Below, in pieces: positions 5,499 to 16,278 of a DNA stretch of 64,000 nucleotides. The DNA is taken from positions 2,399-66,398 of the forward strand of contig JAQXRG010000095.1 of NCBI GenBank assembly GCA_029218405.1. The letters are read 5' to 3'. The stretch comes from Bacteroidales bacterium (GTDB lineage Bacteria; Bacteroidota; Bacteroidia; Bacteroidales; Bacteroidaceae). The translations under genes were made by a program, and so were the position numbers. The notes beneath the pieces are model-generated. The model saw nothing but the letters and a program-made list of their open reading frames with translations. It was not told where the DNA came from and ran no database searches. The first letter of the stretch is position 1, and the number at the start of each line of letters is the position of its first letter.

Positions 5499-8411
5499 AT
5501 GAAAAGAAAGTTAGTGAGTGCGTTCCTCTCGCTGCTGGCCTTGTGCGCGGTCATGGCACAGGGAACAGGCGGCAAGGCGACTGTGACGGGATGGGTAGTG
5601 GATAACGAGGACAATTCGCCGGTGATACAGGCTACGGTGCAGGTACTGTCGGTGAAGGACAGCTCGATGGTGGCGGGCAATGTGACCGACACGAAGGGGC
5701 ATTTCTCGATTGCGGCGAAGCCGGGACGCTACCTGCTGAAGGTGTCATACATCGGTTACAAGCCGTTTTTCAAGGCGGTGTCGCTGACCCGCAACACGCC
5801 GAACGTGAATGCGGGCAAGATTGCACTGAGTTCTGACGCCATCATGCTGAAGGAGGCGGTGATTGTGGCGCAAGCCGCTGAGGTGACGGCCTCGGAAGAC
5901 ACATTAGTATATAACAGCTCGGCCTACCGTGTGCCCGAAGGCTCGGCCTTGGAGGAGCTGGTGAAGAAGCTTCCCGGCGCGGAGGTGGACGAGAGCGGAA
6001 AGATTACCATCAACGGAAAGGAAATCAAGAAAATCATGGTCGATGGCAAGGAGTTTTTTGCCGATGACCCGAATATTGCCATGAAGAACCTGCCGGTGAA
6101 CATCATCGACAAGGTGAGGGCGTATGACAAGCAGAGCGACATGGCGCGGATGACGGGCATTGACGACGGCGAGGAGGAGACGGTGCTGGACCTGACGGTG
6201 AAGAAGGGCATGAACCGGGGCTTCTTCGGGAATGTGGACGCAGCCGCCGGTACCGAGGACCGCTACAGCGGGAAGCTGTTGGCCAACTATTTCCAGGACA
6301 AGAAGCAGTTTACGGTCATCGGCTCGATGAACAACGTGAACGATGAGAGTTTCCCGGGCGGCGGTGGCGGCGGACGCTGGCGCAGGAACAACGGACTGAC
6401 CTCGGTGAAGATGGGGGGCTTCAACTTTGCCACGGAAACGCCGAAGCTGGAGGCGAGCGGTAGCGTGAACTTTAACTACAAGGACCAGGATGTGGTGAGC
6501 AAGTCATCGTCGGAAACCTTCGTATCGACGGATCGGAGCTCGTTCGCCAACGCCTTGAACCAGAACCGCAACAAGACAACGAAAGTGACGGCGGACTTCC
6601 GCATTGAATGGAAGCCGGACTCGCTGACGAACCTGATGTTCCGTCCGCGTTTCAACTACGGTGACAAGGACAACGCTACGTTCGAGCGCTCCTATACGTT
6701 CAATACCGACCCCGGACTGACTACCGACGAGGTACTGGGAACGGAGGACATCACCTCCTTGGTGCCCGAGGCGAACGTGGTAAACTCGGTGGTGAGGAAT
6801 GCCCTGAGCAAGGGGGATGACATGACCGTGGGCGGAACGATGCTGTTCAACCGCCGCTTAGGCAAGGCCGGACGTAACCTGACGTTCCGCGGGCAGTTCA
6901 ACTATACCAACAGCAGCAGCGAGCAGTTCTCGGCCTCGCAGACCGATTACTTCCAGCAGACGGCCAACCTGGCGGACGCCGGCACGCAGGAGCGGGTGCA
7001 GGACATTATCCGCCGTTACATCGACACGCCGACGAAGAACTACAGTTACAGCGCACGACTGGCTTACAGTGAGCCGATTTTCAAGGGAGGCTACCTGCAG
7101 CTGGGCTATAACTTCCAGTACAAGCGGTCGGATACGGACAACCGGACGTACAACATGCCGGACGAATGGACGGTGTGGGGACCGGCGGCCTCGGCGGGCT
7201 ATGGAGAGCTGGACACTGACCTGAGCAAGAGCGCGAAATACGATTACTACAACCATCAGGTGGACCTGACCCTGCGCTACATGACGAAGAAGCTGCGCAT
7301 GAACGCCGGCTTGTCCTTCCAGCCGCAGACCACGAAGCTGAGCTACGCGCAGGGAGCACTGGACACACTGGTGACGCGCCACGTGTTTAACTTCACCCCG
7401 ACCATGGACTTCCGCTATACGTTCTCGAAGACCAGCCAGCTGCGCATCAACTACCGGGGACGCAGCTCGCAGCCCAGCATGACGGACATGCTGCCCATCA
7501 CGGACAACACGGACCCGCTGAACGTGCGCGTGGGGAATCCGGGACTGAAGCCGACCTTCACTAACTCGCTGATGATGTTCTACAACACTTTCAACACCGA
7601 GAAGCAGCGGGGCATGATGGCGCACCTGAACTTCCAGAACCAGCTGAACAGCATCAGCAACCGCCGTATCTACAACGAGACGACCGGTGGATACACCACC
7701 ACGCCGGTGAACATGAACGGCAACTGGAGCGTGTTCGGTATGGTGGGCACCAACACGGCACTGAACGACAAGCGGTTTACCATCAATACGTTCACCCGTG
7801 CCAACTACCAAAACCAGGTGAGCTACATCAGCAGCAAGACCGTGACCGCAGGCAACGACAAGAACACCATGAAGAACCTCTCGCTGGGCGAACGCCTGCG
7901 TGGAACGTTCCGCAACAACTGGTGGGAGTTCTCGCTGAACGGCTCCATCGACTATGGCCATGCGCGCAACAGTTATAACACGGAGAACAATATGGACACC
8001 TACCAGTTCTCGTACGGGGGAAGCACGAACGTGAACCTGCCGTGGAACATGACCATCTCGACCGATCTGACCCAACAGTCGCGCCGGGGCTACAACCTCT
8101 CGTCGATGAACACGAACGAGCTGATATGGAACGCGCAAATCGCTCAGAACTTCCTGAAAGGAAACGCTGCGACGCTGAGCCTGCAGTTCTACGACATCCT
8201 GCGCCAGCAGAGCAACATCAGCCGCACCATCAGTGCGGCCATGCGGCGGGACGTGGAATACAACGCCATCTACAGCTACTGCATGGTGCACTTCGTGTAC
8301 CGGCTCAACTTGTTCGGCGGCAAGGGAGCACAGCGTCCGTCGGGGCCTGGCTTCGGTCCTGCTCCTGGCATGGGACCTGGCTTTGGTGGCCCCGGACGTC
8401 GTCCGTTCTAG
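5499..8411 (+). CDS. Outer-membrane beta-barrel / TonB-dependent receptor-like protein with N-terminal carboxypeptidase-regulatory-like domain
   Basis: Signal peptide, YLLKVSYIGY, LKEAVI, LVKKLPG, GNPGLKP; Gly/Pro-rich tail ending in F. Confidence 0.85.
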   Translation: MKRKLVSAFLSLLALCAVMAQGTGGKATVTGWVVDNEDNSPVIQATVQVLSVKDSSMVAGNVTDTKGHFSIAAKPGRYLLKVSYIGYKPFFKAVSLTRNTPNVNAGKIALSSDAIMLKEAVIVAQAAEVTASEDTLVYNSSAYRVPEGSALEELVKKLPGAEVDESGKITINGKEIKKIMVDGKEFFADDPNIAMKNLPVNIIDKVRAYDKQSDMARMTGIDDGEEETVLDLTVKKGMNRGFFGNVDAAAGTEDRYSGKLLANYFQDKKQFTVIGSMNNVNDESFPGGGGGGRWRRNNGLTSVKMGGFNFATETPKLEASGSVNFNYKDQDVVSKSSSETFVSTDRSSFANALNQNRNKTTKVTADFRIEWKPDSLTNLMFRPRFNYGDKDNATFERSYTFNTDPGLTTDEVLGTEDITSLVPEANVVNSVVRNALSKGDDMTVGGTMLFNRRLGKAGRNLTFRGQFNYTNSSSEQFSASQTDYFQQTANLADAGTQERVQDIIRRYIDTPTKNYSYSARLAYSEPIFKGGYLQLGYNFQYKRSDTDNRTYNMPDEWTVWGPAASAGYGELDTDLSKSAKYDYYNHQVDLTLRYMTKKLRMNAGLSFQPQTTKLSYAQGALDTLVTRHVFNFTPTMDFRYTFSKTSQLRINYRGRSSQPSMTDMLPITDNTDPLNVRVGNPGLKPTFTNSLMMFYNTFNTEKQRGMMAHLNFQNQLNSISNRRIYNETTGGYTTTPVNMNGNWSVFGMVGTNTALNDKRFTINTFTRANYQNQVSYISSKTVTAGNDKNTMKNLSLGERLRGTFRNNWWEFSLNGSIDYGHARNSYNTENNMDTYQFSYGGSTNVNLPWNMTISTDLTQQSRRGYNLSSMNTNELIWNAQIAQNFLKGNAATLSLQFYDILRQQSNISRTISAAMRRDVEYNAIYSYCMVHFVYRLNLFGGKGAQRPSGPGFGPAPGMGPGFGGPGRRPF

Positions 8412-8449
8412 GCTGAGGGACCGGACGGAGAACAATCCTATGGACGCGT

Positions 8450-9874
8450 ATGATGGAACAAGTCTTTTCGGTTACTTATAACCTGCTGTATTTCACCATT
8501 GTCTTGGTGACGATGGTCCTGGTCATCCTGGACAACCGGAGTCCGGTGAAGACCATGGCGTGGATACTTGTGCTGTTCTTCGTACCGGTCGTGGGATTGT
8601 TCTTCTACTTTTTTTTCGGGCGCAGTACCCGCAAGGAACGGCTTATCAGCCGGAGTGGCTACACCCGGCTGGTGAAACGCCCGATGCAGGAATACCAGAA
8701 CCAGGTCTGCCTGCCCGATACGGACGAGAGCGGTCGGCTGCGCCTGTTTTTCCACCGGGTGAACGGTGCCTTGACGTTCGGCGGCAACCGGGTATCGGTC
8801 TATACGGACGGGGTGTCGATGGTGGAGGCCCTGTTGCGGGACATCCGGAAGGCGCGCCACCACATCCATCTGGAGTTCTACATTTTCGAGAACGATGCCG
8901 TGGGCCGTCTGGTCCGCGATGCCTTGGTGGACAAGGTGCGCGAGGGAGTCAAGGTGCGGCTGCTCTACGATGACGTGGGCTGCTGGCAGGTGGACCGTCT
9001 CTTCTTCGACCAGCTGCTGTGCGAGGGTATTGAGGTGCAAGCGTTCCTGAAGGTCCGTTTCCCCCGCTTCACCAGCAAGGTGAACTACCGCAACCACCGG
9101 AAGATTGTGGTCATCGACGGACGGGTGGGCTATACGGGGGGCATGAACATTGCCGAACGCTACCTGCGGGGTTTCTCGTGGGGGAACTGGCGCGACACCC
9201 ACGTCCGTATCGAAGGGAAAGCGGTCTATGGCCTGCAGACGGCTTTCCTGACAGACTGGTACGCGATGGACCGCACGCTTTATACGTCGTCGGAGTACTT
9301 CCCGAAAATGGAGGAGGAGAAGGGGACGGCGATGGTGCAGGTCGTGACATCGGACGCGGTGGGACGGTGGAGGGACATCCAGCAGGGGCTGGTGATGGCC
9401 GTCGCCAACGCAAAGAGGTATTTCTATGTGCAGACGCCTTATTTCCTGCCCACCGAGGAGGTGATGGCCGCTTTCCAGACCGCGGCGTTGGCAGGGGTGG
9501 ACGTGCGGGTGATGCTGCCCAAGCGGGCGGACGCGTTTGTGACCCACAAGGGCTCTTTATCCTATCTGGACGAACTGATGGAGGCGGGAGTGAAGGTCTA
9601 TCTCTACCGGCCGGGCTTCCTCCATTCCAAGCTGTGGGTGTGGGATGACGAGGCGGCTTCGGTAGGCTCTACCAACCTGGATTTCCGTAGCTTTGAGCAC
9701 AACTTTGAGGTGAACGCCTTTCTTTACGACGTGCCTTTGGCCTTGCGGCTGAAAGAGGCGTTCCTTGAAGACCAGTCCTACTGCCTGTCACTCTCGGCCC
9801 GGCTGTGGGCCCGGCGTTCGTGGACAAACAAGGTGACAGAGTCGGTGGTCCGGCTGCTGGCTCCCTTGTTGTAA
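8450..9874 (+). CDS. cls: Cardiolipin synthase
   Basis: Two N-terminal TM helices and two HKD motifs (NHRKIVVID, LHSKLWVWD). Confidence 0.94.
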   Translation: MMEQVFSVTYNLLYFTIVLVTMVLVILDNRSPVKTMAWILVLFFVPVVGLFFYFFFGRSTRKERLISRSGYTRLVKRPMQEYQNQVCLPDTDESGRLRLFFHRVNGALTFGGNRVSVYTDGVSMVEALLRDIRKARHHIHLEFYIFENDAVGRLVRDALVDKVREGVKVRLLYDDVGCWQVDRLFFDQLLCEGIEVQAFLKVRFPRFTSKVNYRNHRKIVVIDGRVGYTGGMNIAERYLRGFSWGNWRDTHVRIEGKAVYGLQTAFLTDWYAMDRTLYTSSEYFPKMEEEKGTAMVQVVTSDAVGRWRDIQQGLVMAVANAKRYFYVQTPYFLPTEEVMAAFQTAALAGVDVRVMLPKRADAFVTHKGSLSYLDELMEAGVKVYLYRPGFLHSKLWVWDDEAASVGSTNLDFRSFEHNFEVNAFLYDVPLALRLKEAFLEDQSYCLSLSARLWARRSWTNKVTESVVRLLAPLL

Positions 9875-9892
9875 GACCGTCCCGTCAGGGGC

Positions 9893-10426
9893 TCACTGGA
9901 AGAACGAGAAGTTCACGCTGCCGTAGTGGCGGTGCTCCACAAAGCGGGGATGCGCTGAGAAGTCCAGGTCCTTGCCGTGTTCCAGGACAAACCATCCGCC
10001 TTCTTTCAGTAACTGGCACCCGAACACCTTGTCGGGGATGTCCTTCAACTCCTGAAGGGCGTAGGGCGGGTCGGCGAAGATGAAGTCGAACTGTTCGCCG
10101 CACCGTTCGATGTAGCGGAACACATCGCCCCGGAGCGGGAACCACCGGTCGGTCTTCACTTCTTTCATCACCTTGCTGATGAAGGCATGGTGCTGCGGGT
10201 CCTTCTCGACGGAGATGACCCGGTCGCAGCCCCTTGACACCAGTTCGAGACTGATGCTGCCGGTGCCGGCAAAGAGGTCGAGAGCACTGACACCGTCCTC
10301 GAAGTCGATGTAGTTGTTCAACACGTTGAATAGGTTCTCTTTGGCGAAATCGGTAGTGGGACGTGCCTTGAACGAGGGAGGAACGTCGAATCGCCGGCGT
10401 TTGTAGATGCCACTGATTACTCGCAT
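9893..10426 (-). CDS. rsmD: 16S rRNA m2G966 methyltransferase RsmD family
   Basis: RPTTD, LDLFAGTGS and FADPPY. Confidence 0.93.
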   Translation of the reverse strand: MRVISGIYKRRRFDVPPSFKARPTTDFAKENLFNVLNNYIDFEDGVSALDLFAGTGSISLELVSRGCDRVISVEKDPQHHAFISKVMKEVKTDRWFPLRGDVFRYIERCGEQFDFIFADPPYALQELKDIPDKVFGCQLLKEGGWFVLEHGKDLDFSAHPRFVEHRHYGSVNFSFFQ

Positions 10427-11235
10427 GTCACTAATAGTTGGATGTCAAACGGAACGTCTTCGATGGGAGTAGAGGCCGATTCGTTGAAGTCCGCTTGCGG
10501 GGAAATGATGAATACTTTACGGATATACTTCTTGAGCTGTCCGGTCAGGGTGTCCCGGTCGGCAGTGCGTCCTGTCAGGTGCAGCTCGTCGTCTGCCTGG
10601 CTGTAGCCCAACTGCCGCCATACGTTGAGCAGGTAGTAGGCACGGTCGTCGGTGGTGGCGGTGGCGTAGGTGTTGGCCAACAGCAACCGTCCCCGTTCGA
10701 AACAGAACACGTCGGTGCTGTCGGGGTGCAGATGGGCGTAGAGCTTCCGGTTATTGCCTTGCAGGCTTCTGTTGGCCAAGCCTTCCAGTTGGGGACTGAC
10801 GGAGGCGAAAAACCGGGCCTGGGGGAAGTGATCGCTCAGGAACAAGTGGGTGAGCTTGTCGATGGAGAACAGGACAACCAGGTTGCTCCGTCCCAGCACA
10901 TTGCACAGCACCAGTTCGTTGTTGCGGCGGGGAAGGTTCTGGTAGAACAATTCCTCCATCTGCTCGTCCTCGAACAGTTCGAGGGGCACGGACGTGTAGC
11001 GCGGGGAGTGGACCAGGATGTTGGTCTGTTTGTACGTCAGGTCCAGCCCTTCTGTCTCCGCCAAGAACGCCTTGACGTTGGCAGCCATCGAACGCTGGGT
11101 GTTCACGGGCCAGTTCCGGAAGTAGAAGTCGCTTCCGTTCAGCGGGTTATAGATAGAAAAAGAAAATCCATCCGTACTAAGACGGATGGATAAGGTATAT
11201 TGTGCCGATTTGGAGAAATCGAAGGTTTCGTCCAT
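10417..11235 (-). CDS. DUF3822 family protein
   Basis: LSIRLSTDGFSFSI N-terminus; conserved position before rsmD in Bacteroidales. Confidence 0.8.
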   Translation of the reverse strand: MDETFDFSKSAQYTLSIRLSTDGFSFSIYNPLNGSDFYFRNWPVNTQRSMAANVKAFLAETEGLDLTYKQTNILVHSPRYTSVPLELFEDEQMEELFYQNLPRRNNELVLCNVLGRSNLVVLFSIDKLTHLFLSDHFPQARFFASVSPQLEGLANRSLQGNNRKLYAHLHPDSTDVFCFERGRLLLANTYATATTDDRAYYLLNVWRQLGYSQADDELHLTGRTADRDTLTGQLKKYIRKVFIISPQADFNESASTPIEDVPFDIQLLVTCE

Positions 11236-11238
11236 GCT

Positions 11239-11925
11239 TTATTCCCAGTTACCGGCGTTGTTGTTCGGTGTTTCGATGTCACCCACACGCAGGCCGCAGT
11301 ACTTGCCCAGCTTGCTCTGCACGTCCTTCAGGTTGAGGAGTTCCTGGTCGTTGATGCCCTTCAGGTAAGTCTCATAGGGTACCTGCGCCTGGAACAGGCA
11401 GAGCGGAGCACCTGCCTTGGTGGTGTCCTTGCGGATAGCCAGTTCGAACTTGGCACCGTTTCCGTAAGGAACGTAGGGCAGTGAGTCGGGGTTGAAGCCC
11501 TTGGCGAAGATGGTGTCGAGTACGGCTACCCACATCGTGTCACGACGGAAGTTCTGCAGGCCGGCCTTTTCTACTTCGCTCCAGTTGTTGGTCTTTTTGG
11601 CCTTGTTGATGAGGGCCATGGCCTTCTTTTCGGTCATACCGTTGTTCAGCTGGTCGTCGGTCAAGGCACCCACCTTCATGATGAACGGAAGTTTGGCGGT
11701 CTTCACGAAAGCGATCAGGGTATCGAAGTTGTCGGTATAGACACCCTGGTGCAGGGAACGATATTCCTGCTGGGCCTTACGGATATCAATCAGACGGGCG
11801 ATGATGGCCTTGTCGCGGACACTCTTCTCGTTGTCAAAGTTGATAGGACCCATAATACTGCCAAAGCAGATGTACACTAAGCCAATTACACAAGCGGCTA
11901 ACACAAGATTAATTACTGTTTTCAT
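11239..11925 (-). CDS. Conserved Bacteroidetes membrane-anchored hypothetical protein
   Basis: N-terminal TM helix and C-terminal NNNAGNWE. Confidence 0.8.
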   Translation of the reverse strand: MKTVINLVLAACVIGLVYICFGSIMGPINFDNEKSVRDKAIIARLIDIRKAQQEYRSLHQGVYTDNFDTLIAFVKTAKLPFIMKVGALTDDQLNNGMTEKKAMALINKAKKTNNWSEVEKAGLQNFRRDTMWVAVLDTIFAKGFNPDSLPYVPYGNGAKFELAIRKDTTKAGAPLCLFQAQVPYETYLKGINDQELLNLKDVQSKLGKYCGLRVGDIETPNNNAGNWE

Positions 11926-12020
11926 GATAATATTGTTTTTTATGTTTATATTCGTACCGCAAAAATAACGTAAATTACTTAAACCACATATACATTACAT
12001 CAATTTTATTACAGACCATT

Positions 12021-13454
12021 ATGTTAAATAATGATTTAGCGCAGCAAATTAAGCGAAATTTTCTCGATAAACCAACAAATGAGCAAGAAATTGTGATGAA
12101 AAGTTTCGCGGATTTTCTTTTTTTGGCAAAAGAGGAGCGAATTTTCGTCCTGAAGGGCTATGCGGGCACTGGAAAGACCTCCTTGGTGGGGGCGCTGGTC
12201 CGGACGCTGGACGAGCTGCAACGGAAGGTGGTGCTGCTCGGTCCCACGGGACGGGCGGCGAAGGTCTTCGCCCATTTCGCCCGTCATCCGGCCCTGACCA
12301 TCCACAAGAAGATTTACCGCCAGCGGGTCTTCTCGAACGAGACGGACAACTTCGTGCTGCATCCGAACCTGCACCAGCATACGTTGTTCATCGTGGATGA
12401 GGCGTCGATGATCGCCAACCAGGGACTGTCCGGAGCGTCGTTCGGAACGGGGCGCTTGCTCGACGACCTGATACAGTATGTCTATAACGGGCAAGGCTGC
12501 CGGCTGCTGTTGATTGGCGACACGGCACAGCTGCCGCCGGTAGGGGAGGAGGAGAGTCCGGCCTTGTCGGCCGATGTGCTGGCGGGCTACGGGCTGGAGG
12601 TGACGGAGTGCCGGCTCACACAGGTGGTGCGACAGGTGTCGGACTCGGGCATCCTCTACAATGCCACGGCCTTGCGCCGCCGTATCGCCGGAGGTGACTG
12701 TTTTGACCTGCCTCGCATACGGACGGAAGGGTTCGCCGATGTGCGGGTGGTGCCGGGCAGCGAGCTGATAGAGGTCATCAATGACTGCTATGACCATGCG
12801 GGCATGGACGAGACGATGATTATCTGCCGTTCCAACAAACGGGCGAACCTATATAATAAAGGTATCCGGAACAGCATCCTCTACCGGGAGGAGGAGTTGA
12901 GCACGGGCGATGTGCTGATGGTGGCTAAGAACAACTACTACTGGGGAGCGGACTGCAAGGAACTGGACTTTATCGCCAACGGTGATACGGCGGTGGTGCG
13001 CAGGGTGCGCCGCCAGCAGGAGCTCTATGGCTTTCGTTTCGCCGAGGTGACGCTCCGCTTTCCGGACTACGACGACTTGGAACTGGAGGTGAAGGTGCTG
13101 CTCGACACCCTGCATTCCGACGCGCCCTCGCTGACACGCGAGGAGAGCGAGCGGCTGTTCAACGGCGTGATGGAGGATTATGCGGACATCCCCACCAAAC
13201 GGGAGCGGATGAAGAAGATTAAGGAAGACCCGTTCTACAACGCCTTGCAGGTGAAGTATGCGTATGCCGTGACCTGCCACAAGGCACAGGGCGGGCAATG
13301 GATGCGGGTCTTCCTTGACCAAGGATACATGACGGAGGATATGCTCACCCCCGATTATTACCGCTGGCTCTACACGGCCTTCACCCGTGCCACGCAGACA
13401 CTGTATTTGGTGAACTGGCCGGAAGAGCAGACGGAGAAAAATGGAAAACGGTAG
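12021..13454 (+). CDS. RecD-like SF1 ATP-dependent helicase
   Basis: GYAGTGKT, PTGRAA, DEASM, GDTAQLPPV, AYAVTCHKAQG and LYTAFTRA. Confidence 0.9.
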   Translation: MLNNDLAQQIKRNFLDKPTNEQEIVMKSFADFLFLAKEERIFVLKGYAGTGKTSLVGALVRTLDELQRKVVLLGPTGRAAKVFAHFARHPALTIHKKIYRQRVFSNETDNFVLHPNLHQHTLFIVDEASMIANQGLSGASFGTGRLLDDLIQYVYNGQGCRLLLIGDTAQLPPVGEEESPALSADVLAGYGLEVTECRLTQVVRQVSDSGILYNATALRRRIAGGDCFDLPRIRTEGFADVRVVPGSELIEVINDCYDHAGMDETMIICRSNKRANLYNKGIRNSILYREEELSTGDVLMVAKNNYYWGADCKELDFIANGDTAVVRRVRRQQELYGFRFAEVTLRFPDYDDLELEVKVLLDTLHSDAPSLTREESERLFNGVMEDYADIPTKRERMKKIKEDPFYNALQVKYAYAVTCHKAQGGQWMRVFLDQGYMTEDMLTPDYYRWLYTAFTRATQTLYLVNWPEEQTEKNGKR

Positions 13455-13456
13455 TC

Positions 13457-14401
13457 TTACAAAGGATATTCCTCGAACGCGTACAGGACGGTCGAGAGAT
13501 AGCGCTCGCCGGTGTCGGGCAGTACGACTACGATGTTCTTGCCGGCATATTCGGGCTGAGCGGCCAGCTGGAGGGCGGCATAGGTGGCGGCACCGGAGGA
13601 GATGCCGGTCAGCAGCCCTTCCTGGGCGGACAGCTCACGGCCGGTGCGGATGGCGTCGTTGTCCTTCACCCGGATGATGCGGTCCACCACGCTGCGGTCG
13701 AAGGTCTGCGGTACGAAGCCCGCACCGATGCCCTGTATCTTGTGCGCCCCCGGTTTCTCACCCGAGAGAACGGCAGAGGAGTCGGGCTCTACAGCCACTA
13801 CCTCGATGGACGGCTTCAAGGCTTTCAGTGCCCGTCCGGTCCCGCTCAGGGTGCCGCCGGTACCCACACCGGCTACCAGCACGTCTATCTGGCCGTCGGT
13901 ATCCTCCCAGATTTCGCGGGCGGTGGCTGTGTGTGCGGCCGGGTTGGCCGGATTCTCAAACTGTTGCAGGATGACGGCGCCGGGGGTGCTCTCCTTCAGT
14001 TCCTGTGCTTTGCGGATGGCTCCCTTCATGCCCTCGCTGCCCGGTGTCAGTACCAGTTGCGCTCCCCGCGCCTTCAGCAGGTTCTGCCGTTCCACACTCA
14101 TGGTTTCGGGCATGGTGAGGATGGCCTTGTAACCTTTCACACGGGCTACCCACGCCAGTCCCACGCCGGTGTTGCCGCTGGTGGGCTCGATGATGGTGCT
14201 GCCAGGTTTCAGGATACCCTTCTTCTCCGCGTCCTCTATCATGGAGAGGGCGATACGGTCTTTCACGCTGCCGCCGGGGTTGAAGTACTCCAGCTTGGCG
14301 ATGACAGTGGCCTGTGCATGGTGTGACTGTACGATAGCGTTCAGTTCAAGCAAGGGTGTGCGACCAATCAGGTCGGTCAGTTGATGGTAGATACGTGCCA
14401 T
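13457..14401 (-). CDS. cysK: Cysteine synthase A
   Basis: NPGGSVKDR, EPTSGNTG, GVGTGGT, HKIQGIG and PDTGERYLS. Start placed at ATG 14401. Confidence 0.96.
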   Translation of the reverse strand: MARIYHQLTDLIGRTPLLELNAIVQSHHAQATVIAKLEYFNPGGSVKDRIALSMIEDAEKKGILKPGSTIIEPTSGNTGVGLAWVARVKGYKAILTMPETMSVERQNLLKARGAQLVLTPGSEGMKGAIRKAQELKESTPGAVILQQFENPANPAAHTATAREIWEDTDGQIDVLVAGVGTGGTLSGTGRALKALKPSIEVVAVEPDSSAVLSGEKPGAHKIQGIGAGFVPQTFDRSVVDRIIRVKDNDAIRTGRELSAQEGLLTGISSGAATYAALQLAAQPEYAGKNIVVVLPDTGERYLSTVLYAFEEYPL

Positions 14402-14524
14402 AGTTGTATAATGTTTAGTGATTACTTCTTGTTTCTTACTGAGCGCAAAGATAGGGGGATTCCGGAAGGTGTGAAATACCACAAGAATGGTATTTTGGTA
14501 CCGGAGTCGGGAGGGTGGGAAAAG

Positions 14525-14551
14525 AAAAGGACTTCCGGAAGGGAAGTCCTT
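14525..14551 (-). terminator. Intrinsic terminator after the tRNA-Met pair
   Basis: AAGGACTTCC-loop-GGAAGTCCTTTTCTTT on the minus strand. Confidence 0.7.
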
Positions 14552-14555
14552 GTAG

Positions 14556-14628
<73 letters not shown>

Positions 14629-14647
14629 ATGTTATTTCTGTTGTTAG

Positions 14648-14720
<73 letters not shown>

Positions 14721-14833
14721 ATGTTATTTCTGTTTTGCGAGTGCAAAGGTACGGACTCTGTTTGATATATCCAAATAATTATCCTGTTATTTTGCATTTA
14801 TTGGCTTTTAGGGGTGAGAAAAGCCGATAGATA

Positions 14834-14890
14834 TTTGCGGAATAGGGAGAAAAGCAGTAATTTTGCACACATTAATTAGTAATTGTGCAA
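14834..14890 (+). promoter_or_regulatory. Promoter of tetR-fabG-rluA with an overlapping inverted repeat
   Basis: TTTG (14834-37), N20, TAATTTTG (14858-65); TTGCACA-N14-TGTGCAA at 14863-14890. Confidence 0.65.
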
Positions 14891-14902
14891 TAGATTGAGA
14901 GA

Positions 14903-15511
14903 ATGACTGTGCAGAAGACAAAAGCCAAACTGGTAGATGTGGCCCGCCAACTGTTCGCCAAGAAAGGGGTGGAGGAGACCACGATGAATGATATTGCGGT
15001 CGCTTCGAAGAAGGGGCGGCGTACCTTATATACTTATTTTAAAAGCAAGGAGCAAATCTACATGGCTGTTGTCGAGTCGGAAGTGGAACGTCTGACGGAA
15101 ACATTGAAGACGGTGGCGGCGAAGCCGTTGCAGCCGGACGAGAAAATCCTGGAGATGATTGCCACGCATCTGGACAGCATCAAGCAGGCGGTGTTCCGTA
15201 ACGGGACGCTCCGCGCGGGCTTTTTCCGTGACATCTGGCGGGTGGAGGCGGTGCGCAAGGACTTTGACGCGACGGAAATCCAGCTCTTCCGTCGGGTCCT
15301 GACCGAGGGGAAGGAAAGCGGATTGTTCAATATTGAGAATGTGGACATCACCGCAGACATCCTGCACTATTGCATCAAGGGCATCGAGGTGCCGTACATC
15401 CGTAACCAGATCGGTGAGGAGCTGGACGACGAGACGGGATGGCGCTATGTGCTCCAAATTGTGTACGGGGCGTTGGGCCATCGCGGAAAACAGGAACAAA
15501 TAACACTTTAA
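14903..15511 (+). CDS. TetR/AcrR family regulator
   Basis: LFAKKGVEETTMNDIA...RRTLYTYFKSKE helix-turn-helix. Confidence 0.93.
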   Translation: MTVQKTKAKLVDVARQLFAKKGVEETTMNDIAVASKKGRRTLYTYFKSKEQIYMAVVESEVERLTETLKTVAAKPLQPDEKILEMIATHLDSIKQAVFRNGTLRAGFFRDIWRVEAVRKDFDATEIQLFRRVLTEGKESGLFNIENVDITADILHYCIKGIEVPYIRNQIGEELDDETGWRYVLQIVYGALGHRGKQEQITL

Positions 15512-15522
15512 ATAAGAATAAA

Positions 15523-16269
15523 ATGGGATTATTAACTGGAAAAACAGCGATTGTGACGGGTGCCGCTCGTGGTATCGGTAAGGCAATCGCACTGAAATTT
15601 GCAGCGGAAGGTGCAAATATCGCGTTTACGGACTTGGTGATTGACGAAAACGGTCAGAACACGGAAAACGAAATCGCCGCACTCGGTGTCAAGGTGAAGG
15701 GCTATGCGTCCAACGCCGCCAGCTTCGAGGATACCGCGAAGGTCGTGGAGCAGATTCATGCCGATTTCGGTTCGATTGACATCCTGGTCAATAACGCCGG
15801 CATCACGAAGGACGGTCTGATGATGCGCATGAGCGAACAGCAGTGGGATGCGGTGATTGCCGTCAACCTGAAGTCGGCCTTCAACTTCATTCACGCTTGC
15901 ACGCCCATCATGATGCGCCAGAAGCGTGGCAGCATCATCAACATGGCGTCGGTGGTAGGTGTGCACGGCAATGCCGGACAGTGCAACTACTCGGCCTCGA
16001 AGGCGGGAATGATTGGTCTGGCCAAGTCCATCGCTCAGGAACTGGGCTCTCGTGGCATCCGTGCCAACGCCATCGCTCCGGGCTTCATCATCACCGACAT
16101 GACGGCCAAGCTGTCTGACGAGGTGAAGGCGGAATGGTGCAAGAAGATTCCTCTGCGCCGTGGCGGTACGCCGGAAGATGTGGCCAATATCGCTACCTTC
16201 CTGGCTTCGGACATGTCGTCGTATGTGTCGGGTCAGGTCATACAGGTAGATGGTGGCATGAACATGTAA
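15523..16269 (+). CDS. fabG: 3-oxoacyl-ACP reductase
   Basis: TGAARGIG, NNAGIT and YSASK. Start placed at ATG 15523. Confidence 0.95.
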   Translation: MGLLTGKTAIVTGAARGIGKAIALKFAAEGANIAFTDLVIDENGQNTENEIAALGVKVKGYASNAASFEDTAKVVEQIHADFGSIDILVNNAGITKDGLMMRMSEQQWDAVIAVNLKSAFNFIHACTPIMMRQKRGSIINMASVVGVHGNAGQCNYSASKAGMIGLAKSIAQELGSRGIRANAIAPGFIITDMTAKLSDEVKAEWCKKIPLRRGGTPEDVANIATFLASDMSSYVSGQVIQVDGGMNM

Positions 16270-16278
16270 TTAGCACGT

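Noticed and set aside
8340-8400. Short GGNCCTGGC repeats
   Set aside because: They encode the low-complexity Gly/Pro tail of the outer-membrane protein.
12002-12029. dif site (TTATGTTAAAT XerD arm at 12019-12029)
   Set aside because: The left arm AATTTTATTAC does not fit a XerC arm ending in ATAA, and the match coincides with the start codon of the helicase gene.
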